Virus record (IMG/VR): IMGVR_UViG_3300045051_000014
Length of the DNA: 64,000 bases
Reading direction: 5' to 3' (one strand)
Source: a virus
Lineage: Duplodnaviria; Heunggongvirae; Uroviricota; Caudoviricetes
Both the position numbers and the translations under genes were made by a program. How positions within the stretch are numbered: the stretch's first letter is position 1; each line of letters opens with the position of its first letter. Shown here piece after piece: positions 57,335 through 64,000 of this stretch. The notes beneath the pieces were generated by a model. That model saw only the letters and a program-made list of their open reading frames with translations. It searched no databases and was not told where the DNA came from.

Positions 57335-58961
57335 TATCATCGACTTTCGCCCCTATTTGGGCAACAAGAAGCTCAAGCGCGTCGGCGTAAAACAAAGCAT
57401 GACGCAAGAGCAGGTGAACGAGTACGTTCGCTGCGCCAAAGACGCTGAGTATTTCATTCAGAAGTACGTCAAGATCATCACTCTGGACAAGGGTTTGGTG
57501 AACATCGACCTGTACCCATACCAGAAAGAAGCCGTTCCGGTCATCGTTCAGAACCGTCAGGTCATCATCAAGGCGGGTCGTCAGATTGGTAAGACGACTC
57601 TGACCGTGGGCATCATCCTCTGGTACGTCCTGTTCAACGAAGCCAAGACGGTCGCGATTCTGGCAAACAAGGCTAAGACCGCTCGCGAAATTCTGAACCG
57701 TATCAAGGTGGCATACGAAGAACTGCCGCACTGGATTCAGCAGGGTGTCCGTATCTGGAACAAGGGTGACATTGAGCTAGAGAACATGTCCCGCGTTCTG
57801 GCTGACTCTACCGCGTCGAGCGCAATCCGTGGTTGGTCTATTAACTTCCTTTACTTGGACGAATTCGCGTTCGTTCCAAACAACATTGCCGAAGAGTTCT
57901 TCACCTCGGTCTATCCGACCATCACCTCGGGTGAAACGGCAAAGATTCTCATTTCGTCCACACCAAACGGCATGAACCACTACTACAAGATGTGGATCGA
58001 CGCGGTGGAAGGGCGGAACGGCTTCAAGACCATCGACGCAAACTGGCGCTCGGTTCCGGGGCGCACGGCAGAATGGGCAGAGCGTCAGCGCAAGGCGCTC
58101 GGTGACGAGAAGTACATGCAGGAAATGGAGTGCGAATTCCACGGCTCCTCGGGAACCCTCATTTCCGGTCGCGTGCTGAAAACCCTAGCTTTCGTCAAGC
58201 CGGAAACCCTAGAATCCATCGTCGGGCTATGCTTCTACCAAAAGCCTCAACCGGGACGGAAATACGTACTGGTCGCGGATACCTCGCGTGGAAAAGGACT
58301 TGACTATTCGGCTTTCGTGGTCATAGATGTAACTGAAATTCCATATAAGGTCGTCTGTACCTACAAGGACAATGATATTAGTCCTATCTTGTATCCTTCC
58401 ATCATTGCAAAGATCGCAAAGTGGTACAATGAGGCGTATGCTCTAGTTGAAATTAATGATAACGGGCAACAGGTGGTTGACTCCCTGTTCGATGACTACG
58501 AGTACGAGAACATTCTATCCACTCAGATTTCCAAGAACAAGGTCACGCTGTCTTGGGCAATGGGTGGAACCGGTGCGGCGCGGGGTATTCTGACCACCAA
58601 ATCGGTCAAGCGCCTCGGCTGCTCCCTCATGAAGTCCCTGATTGAGTCCTACCAGTTGACGTTCCAAGACTTCAACATTATTAGCGAACTCTCGACTTTC
58701 ATAAATAAGCGTAACAGTTACGAAGCAGATGAGGGGTCGAACGACGACCTCGTAATGTGTCTAGTCCTGTTCTCATGGATGACTAACCAACCGTTCTTTT
58801 CGGATCTTTGCAATACCAATATCAAGGAAAAGCTCTACCGAGAACAGATGGCACAAATCGACAACCAAATGCTTCCATCCCCACTCTACAACGACGGTCA
58901 AGGCACTGCCGATACCCGCTACGTAGAAGAAGGAAGTGTATGGGAAATAGTGAGCCACTAG
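57327..58961 (+). CDS. gp17: Terminase large subunit gp17
   Basis: GRQIGKT Walker A, YLDEFAF, IISSTPNG.NH, DTSRG.G.DYS, NDDLVM. Confidence 0.98.
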   Translation: MVDIIDFRPYLGNKKLKRVGVKQSMTQEQVNEYVRCAKDAEYFIQKYVKIITLDKGLVNIDLYPYQKEAVPVIVQNRQVIIKAGRQIGKTTLTVGIILWYVLFNEAKTVAILANKAKTAREILNRIKVAYEELPHWIQQGVRIWNKGDIELENMSRVLADSTASSAIRGWSINFLYLDEFAFVPNNIAEEFFTSVYPTITSGETAKILISSTPNGMNHYYKMWIDAVEGRNGFKTIDANWRSVPGRTAEWAERQRKALGDEKYMQEMECEFHGSSGTLISGRVLKTLAFVKPETLESIVGLCFYQKPQPGRKYVLVADTSRGKGLDYSAFVVIDVTEIPYKVVCTYKDNDISPILYPSIIAKIAKWYNEAYALVEINDNGQQVVDSLFDDYEYENILSTQISKNKVTLSWAMGGTGAARGILTTKSVKRLGCSLMKSLIESYQLTFQDFNIISELSTFINKRNSYEADEGSNDDLVMCLVLFSWMTNQPFFSDLCNTNIKEKLYREQMAQIDNQMLPSPLYNDGQGTADTRYVEEGSVWEIVSH

Positions 58962-58966
58962 ATTTC

Positions 58967-58973
58967 CTAAATA
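58967..58973 (+). promoter_or_regulatory. T4-type late promoter (CTAAATA) for gp18
   Basis: Intergenic, upstream of the GGAG SD and gp18. Confidence 0.75.
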
Positions 58974-59011
58974 ATCAGCAATTCAGAATTCCCTAACAGG
59001 AGTAGACCCAA

Positions 59012-60742
59012 ATGACATTCCAAGTATCTCCCGGCGTAAACACTTCCGAAATTGATCTAACGACAGTAATTCCTGCCGTTTCGACCTCTTCCGGTGCAGT
59101 AGCGGGTCCGTTTGAGTGGGGTCCGGTGAAGTCCGTGCGCCAAGTTACCAACGAGAACGAGCTAGTCTCCCTGTTCGGTAAGCCAACCACGAATACGGCA
59201 CAGACCTTCTTCACCGCAGCAAGCTTCCTTGCCTACGCAAGTGACCTTCGCGTAATTCGTGCAGCGAACACCACATCGTACAACGCTATCGGCGGTACGG
59301 GTACTCCTGTTGCCGTTCACTGCCCTAACGAAGAAGCGTTCGAAGCTAACAACAGCCTCAACACGATCAACGCATCGGTTGCAATGGCACGTTTCCCCGG
59401 CGTACTTGGCAACTCGCTCAAGGTTTCGATTTGGGCAAACACCACGGCAGCACTGTCGGCATGGACCTACGGTTCGCTCTTCGACAAGAAGCCGGGAACT
59501 TCCTACTTTGTTTCTAGCTCCTTCAACAATGCAACGGCTAACGACGAATTGCACCTTGTCGTTGTTGACGAAGACGGCGCTATCACTGGCGTTGCTAACA
59601 CGGTCCTTGAGAAGTTCGCAAATCTCTCCAAGGCAACCAATGCCAAGAACGAGTCTGGTGAGTCGATCTTCTGGAAGGACGTTATCTTCCGCAAGTCGAA
59701 GTACATCTACATCACCGGCAACCCATACAACTCGACCGGTACGGTTGCTGATAACTGGAACGTTCCTGCAAATGGTTCGTCCTCGTTCCAAGAAACTCAG
59801 GGTACAGTCACCGCAAACGGCAACAGTTTCTCGCTAGACAGCGGTACTTCCGTTGCTCCTACGAACGGTGACGTTCAGGCAGCATACGACCTGATCGCAA
59901 ACTCTGAAAAGGTTGACGTTCAGTTGGTCATGACCGCAGGACACAACGAAGTTGTTTCCAAGTACGTCATCGACAACATCGTAGAAGTCCGTAAGGATGC
60001 GGTCGCATTCCTCTCGCCTGCACTTGCAAACGTGACGGCATCGGACGCAACCACCGCAGTTGTCAACTACCGCAACAACGCACTCGGTAACGTTTCGACT
60101 TCCTACGCAGTCATGGACTCGGGTTGGAAGTACATGTACGACAAGTACAATGACACGTACCGTTGGGTGCCTCTGAACGGTGACATTGCCGGTCTATGCG
60201 CACGTACCGACACGGATCGTGACCCATGGTTCTCGCCTGCCGGTCTTGTCCGTGGTCAGATCAAGAACGTCATCAAGCTTGCATACAACCCAACGAAGGC
60301 AGAACGTGACACGCTTTACAAGGCAGGCATCAACCCTGTCGTATCCTTCACTGGCGAAGGCACGATGTTGTTCGGTGACAAGACGCTACTCGGTCGCCCA
60401 TCGGCATTTGACCGTATCAACGTCCGTCGCCTCTTCATCACGCTTGAAAAGAGCATTGCAAGAGCAGCACGTTCCAGCCTGTTTGAGTTCAACGATGAAT
60501 TCACTCGCGCACAGTTCGTGAACTTGGTTGAGCCATTCCTGCGTACTGTTCAGGGTCGCCGTGGTATCTACGACTATCGCGTAGTCTGCGACGAAACCAA
60601 CAACACGCCAGAAATCATTGACCGCAACGAATTCGTTGGCGATATCTACGTCAAGCCTGCTAAGAGCATCAACTTCATCCAGTTGAACTTTGTCGCAGTC
60701 CGGACTGGTGTTGCCTTTGAAGAAGTCGTCGGCAAGTTCTGA
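59012..60742 (+). CDS. gp18: Tail sheath protein gp18
   Basis: SPGV...EIDLT, WFSPAG..RGQI, GDKT...SAFDRINVRRLF, FVGDIYVKPA.SINFI.LNFVA.RTGV.F.E. Confidence 0.98.
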   Translation: MTFQVSPGVNTSEIDLTTVIPAVSTSSGAVAGPFEWGPVKSVRQVTNENELVSLFGKPTTNTAQTFFTAASFLAYASDLRVIRAANTTSYNAIGGTGTPVAVHCPNEEAFEANNSLNTINASVAMARFPGVLGNSLKVSIWANTTAALSAWTYGSLFDKKPGTSYFVSSSFNNATANDELHLVVVDEDGAITGVANTVLEKFANLSKATNAKNESGESIFWKDVIFRKSKYIYITGNPYNSTGTVADNWNVPANGSSSFQETQGTVTANGNSFSLDSGTSVAPTNGDVQAAYDLIANSEKVDVQLVMTAGHNEVVSKYVIDNIVEVRKDAVAFLSPALANVTASDATTAVVNYRNNALGNVSTSYAVMDSGWKYMYDKYNDTYRWVPLNGDIAGLCARTDTDRDPWFSPAGLVRGQIKNVIKLAYNPTKAERDTLYKAGINPVVSFTGEGTMLFGDKTLLGRPSAFDRINVRRLFITLEKSIARAARSSLFEFNDEFTRAQFVNLVEPFLRTVQGRRGIYDYRVVCDETNNTPEIIDRNEFVGDIYVKPAKSINFIQLNFVAVRTGVAFEEVVGKF

Positions 60743-60748
60743 TAAATA
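60742..60748 (+). promoter_or_regulatory. T4-type late promoter (ATAAATA) for gp19
   Basis: Immediately after the gp18 stop. Confidence 0.75.
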
Positions 60749-60776
60749 GCTAATAGGCTCACAGGAGTAATCACAG

Positions 60777-61361
60777 ATGTTCAACGTAGACAATTTCAGA
60801 ACAGCCATGCAGTTTGACGGCGCACGCCCTAATCTGTTTGAGGTTGTGTTGCAGTTCCCCGCATACGTGCAGCTTGCAGGTCAGGCAACGTCGCTTTCAC
60901 GATTCTTTGTGAAGACGGCGCAGCTTCCCGGCAGCACGATTGGTGCGGTCACTGTTCCATACTTCGGCAGAGAAGTCAAGGTCGCAGGCAACCGTACATT
61001 CGCAGACTGGACGGTAACAGTGCTGAATGACGAAGACTTCACGATTCGCAACGCATTCGAACGTTGGCACCGTGGTATTAACGGCAACCAGAGCAACCTT
61101 CGCGAGCCGGGTGCAGTCAGCACTTCGCCTCTCGCACCGGGAACCTCTTATTCCGTCGATGCCGAAGTGTATCAGTATTCGAAGGCAGGCGGCGCACCAA
61201 TCAAGAAGTATCGCTTCATCGGTATGTTCCCTAACGACATTGCACCAATCGACCTAGATTGGGGTTCGAACGATACGGTCGAAGAGTTCTCGGTAACGCT
61301 TTCGTACCAGTATTGGCAGAGTGAAGATACGAAGTCTGCTGTTCCGCAGGCATCGGCTTAA
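60777..61361 (+). CDS. gp19: Tail tube protein gp19
   Basis: GARPNLFEV, AQLPGS.IG...VPYFGR..K.AG.RTF.DWTVT..NDEDF..R.AFE.W. Confidence 0.97.
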   Translation: MFNVDNFRTAMQFDGARPNLFEVVLQFPAYVQLAGQATSLSRFFVKTAQLPGSTIGAVTVPYFGREVKVAGNRTFADWTVTVLNDEDFTIRNAFERWHRGINGNQSNLREPGAVSTSPLAPGTSYSVDAEVYQYSKAGGAPIKKYRFIGMFPNDIAPIDLDWGSNDTVEEFSVTLSYQYWQSEDTKSAVPQASA

Positions 61362-61368
61362 TTGAAAT

Positions 61369-61402
61369 GAGAGGGGTGGATTCACTGCCCCTCTCTTCCT
61401 TT
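61369..61402 (+). terminator. Probable terminator after gp19
   Basis: GAGAGGGGTGG/CTGCCCCTCTC hairpin followed by TTCCTTT. Confidence 0.7.
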
Positions 61403-61420
61403 GATATGGAGTTCTAACTA

Positions 61421-63028
61421 ATGGCAATTAACCTATTCGGTTGGCAAATTTCTCGCACTGCGGATCAAGATACCATTGAAACGCAGGCACCGGCTATTGC
61501 CCCACCGCAGACCGACGACGGTGCATATGTTATCAATGCAGGCGCACTCGGCGGTTACTACGGCACCTACCTCAACCTAGAATCCGCATTCAAGAACGAG
61601 AACGAGCTAATCTCTCGTTATCGTACCATGGCAATGCAGCCCGAAGTGGAATCAGCAATTGATGAAATCGTCAATGAAGCGATTGTCCACGACGATAAGG
61701 GTATGTCTGTCGAACTCATGACGGACGAACTGGAACAACCAGAAAACATCAAGCAGATGCTACGCGAAGAGTTCAAGCAACTCCTGCGTATGCTAGACTT
61801 CGACAACAATGGTGCAGATATCTTCCGCCGTTGGTACGTCGATGGTCGCCTGTTCTATCAGGTGCAGATTGACGACACGAATCCACGCAACGGAATCATC
61901 GGACTCGTCTACCTCGACCCACGCAAGATCCGTAAGATTCGTACTGTCGTCAAGGACAAGGATCCACGTACCGGCGTAGAGTTCGTCAAGGGATACGCAG
62001 ACTTCTACGTGTACAACGACAAGAGCATGACGAGTGGCAACATGGTCATGTCCTCACCTGTCGATGCATCACTCAAGATCGCAGAAGACGCAGTTGTAAA
62101 CATCAACTCTGGTCTGATGGATGTGAGCCGTAACATGGTTCTGTCCTATCTTCACAAGGCTATCAAGCCACTCAATCAGTTGCGCATGATTGAAGACGCA
62201 GTGGTTATCTACCGTCTATCGCGTGCGCCAGAACGTCGCGTGTTCTACATCGACGTTGGTAATCTGCCTAAGATGAAGGCAGACCAGTACATGAACGATA
62301 TCATGACGAAGTTCCGTAACAAGATCGTCTATGATGCACAGACAGGCGAAGTCAAGGACGACCGCAAGTTCACTTCCATGATCGAAGACTTCTGGATTCC
62401 GCGCCGTGGTGAAGGTAAGTCTACCGAAATCACTACGCTGCCTGCGGGACAGAGCCTCGGTCAATTGGACGATGTGAAATACTTCGAAGAAAAGCTTTAC
62501 AAGTCACTCAACGTTCCTATCTCACGCCTACTACCACAGCAGGGTTTCAGCCTAGGACGCTCTAACGAAATCACTCGCGAAGAGTTGAAGTTCCACAAGT
62601 TTGTCGAGCGTCTGCGTGCCAAGTTCTGTACGCTGTTCGATGAACTCATGAAGCGTCAGCTTGCTCTCAAGGGCATTGCAACCTATGACGAATGGGATCA
62701 GATCAAGGAAGCCGTTTACTATGACTTCCTAGAAGACAACAACTTCTCAGAACTCAAGGATGCAGAACTCCTCAACAACCGTATCATGACGCTCAATGCC
62801 GTCACCCCATACGTCGGTCTGTACTACTCTATGCAGTGGGTCAAGAAGAACGTTCTGCATCTGACCGAGGAAGAGATTGAGGAAATCAATGCCGAGATTG
62901 AGGAAGAGCAGGAAATGCAGATGGCAATCGCTGCCGCAGAGCAGGCAAAGCAGATGGTCATGACCTCGACTCAGCTTCCAACTAATCTAAATACAAGTGG
63001 ACTTCCACCGACACAACCCGGAGCTTAA
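61421..63028 (+). CDS. gp20: Portal protein gp20
   Basis: LI.RYR.MA..PEV.SAI.EIVNEAI, RRWYVDGR, LSYLHKAIKP.NQLRMIEDA.VIYRLSRAPERR.FYIDVGNLPK.KA.QY. Confidence 0.98.
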   Translation: MAINLFGWQISRTADQDTIETQAPAIAPPQTDDGAYVINAGALGGYYGTYLNLESAFKNENELISRYRTMAMQPEVESAIDEIVNEAIVHDDKGMSVELMTDELEQPENIKQMLREEFKQLLRMLDFDNNGADIFRRWYVDGRLFYQVQIDDTNPRNGIIGLVYLDPRKIRKIRTVVKDKDPRTGVEFVKGYADFYVYNDKSMTSGNMVMSSPVDASLKIAEDAVVNINSGLMDVSRNMVLSYLHKAIKPLNQLRMIEDAVVIYRLSRAPERRVFYIDVGNLPKMKADQYMNDIMTKFRNKIVYDAQTGEVKDDRKFTSMIEDFWIPRRGEGKSTEITTLPAGQSLGQLDDVKYFEEKLYKSLNVPISRLLPQQGFSLGRSNEITREELKFHKFVERLRAKFCTLFDELMKRQLALKGIATYDEWDQIKEAVYYDFLEDNNFSELKDAELLNNRIMTLNAVTPYVGLYYSMQWVKKNVLHLTEEEIEEINAEIEEEQEMQMAIAAAEQAKQMVMTSTQLPTNLNTSGLPPTQPGA

Positions 63029-63033
63029 CAGCA

Positions 63034-63960
63034 ATGACCACCGCTAACCACCTAATCAATGCACTTGCCGCACAGGATCGTGACGCTGCAAATAGCGCAT
63101 TTGAAGCCTCCATTCAGGAGCGTCTATCTGACTATATGGAAGTCCGTAAGGTTGAACTCGCTTCGACCATCATGGACGATCTACAGGAAGGTCAGGGCAT
63201 GGACGCACAACGTCGGTGGGTCCGTCAGGTAGCTTCGATTGGCAAGGAGTATGCACAAACGGAACGCGGACACAAGGTTTCCGTCAACCGTGGTGAACTT
63301 AAGGCAGTCGCACGCAAGTATTTCAAGACCTATGGTGGTTCTAAGGGTCATGGCTCAGAGTTCGTAGAGCGCGGTGCAAAGGCAGTCAAGGATGCCCGTC
63401 AGACGCTCAAGGCAAGAGGCGTTATTCCCTCGCTACGCAAGGAAGAAGCTCTAGACGAAGGCGGTCCTACTCGTAAGCACTTTCAGCAAGTCGCAGACCT
63501 GTTGAAGAACATTCCAGACGAAGCAAAGCGCAAGGAACTCGCACAACATCACGCAGGCTTGTTCAAGGCTCAGAATCCACGTTTTGACCACAAGCGTTTC
63601 TTTGCCGCCGCTGGCGTGAACGAAGAGACTCAGCTAGACGAAGTGGTAGAAGGCGGTTCCAAGGTCGCTTCTAATGCACAGTTGGGCAAGAACGTAGTCG
63701 CAAACATTCGCCGTGCAACGCAGGCTCTCAAGCTCAAGGGTGTCAATCCTAATGTCGCTGCCGCAGCCCACAAGGATTTTGCAAAGCTCGTTGCCAAGAA
63801 TCCAAAGGCTCCCGGCTATGCACTACTCCGCAAGCTTGCTCCTGCAAAGGCACAAGCCGTACAGTCTTTGACGCAGGCAGGCGTACCATTGGGCAGCGCA
63901 CTCGACGCACACCCAACGGAATTCAATCAGGTCGTTCAGCGTATCAAGCGGTTCAAGTAA
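63034..63960 (+). CDS. Prohead core protein (gp67-like N-terminus) with long extension
   Basis: Directly after gp20; LI.A......A...FE..I......E.RK.ELA; repeated LxE motifs. Confidence 0.7.
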   Translation: MTTANHLINALAAQDRDAANSAFEASIQERLSDYMEVRKVELASTIMDDLQEGQGMDAQRRWVRQVASIGKEYAQTERGHKVSVNRGELKAVARKYFKTYGGSKGHGSEFVERGAKAVKDARQTLKARGVIPSLRKEEALDEGGPTRKHFQQVADLLKNIPDEAKRKELAQHHAGLFKAQNPRFDHKRFFAAAGVNEETQLDEVVEGGSKVASNAQLGKNVVANIRRATQALKLKGVNPNVAAAAHKDFAKLVAKNPKAPGYALLRKLAPAKAQAVQSLTQAGVPLGSALDAHPTEFNQVVQRIKRFK

Positions 63961-63961
63961 T

Positions 63962-64000
63962 ATGAAGTTCAAGGATCTACGTTCTAAGTTGAATGAGGAT
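63962..64000 (+). CDS. Start of next prohead/internal protein (MKFKDLRSKLNE...), truncated by window end
   Basis: ATG 63962; MKFK.L...LNE resembles T4-type capsid-targeted N-termini. Confidence 0.55.
   Translation, partial: MKFKDLRSKLNED

Noticed and set aside
2965-60808. Numerous long minus-strand ORFs (e.g. 2965-3603, 25729-26766, 34890-35501, 55741-56403)
   Set aside because: They are shadows of well-supported plus-strand genes, lack recognisable motifs, and match the expected effect of biased codon usage
57327-63028. Introns or inteins in terminase, sheath or portal
   Set aside because: ORFs are continuous, of ordinary length, and show no Hint or homing-endonuclease insertions
1-64000. 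Stop-codon reassignment (alternative genetic code)
   Set aside because: Core genes are intact under the standard code, and TAA, TGA and TAG (gp17) all serve as stops

Overview
This window is a 64-kb, all plus-strand segment of a large lytic T4-superfamily myovirus whose gene content resembles the cyanophage-like branch. From left to right it carries: (1) an accessory and replication block (HAD-like ORF, phoH, PD-(D/E)XK exonuclease, glycosyltransferase, SNase-like nuclease, tmRNA, SleB-like wall hydrolase, gp33, gp59, gp32); (2) head-completion and baseplate genes (gp4, gp2, gp54-like, gp26, gp51, tape measure with a lysozyme-like domain, gp48, gp53, hub, gp5, gp25, gp6, gp7, gp8, and a split DUF4815/VrlC-like protein); (3) a ~21-kb fibre island; and (4) neck, terminase, sheath, tube, portal and prohead core genes (gp13-gp20, gp67-like). 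The most notable elements are these. A circularly permuted two-piece tmRNA (tag ANEDFYSQEMALAA) has a long structured intervening segment. The fibre island holds six Gln/Thr-rich collagen-like fibre genes arranged as repeated fibre plus tip-protein cassettes, three with S74 chaperones; one tip protein carries a C-terminal Hint domain, and two sulfotransferase-like genes follow tip genes. The prohead-core gene looks like a protease-cleaved polyprotein carrying cargo domains. All family assignments come from motif recognition by eye; no database searches were run.
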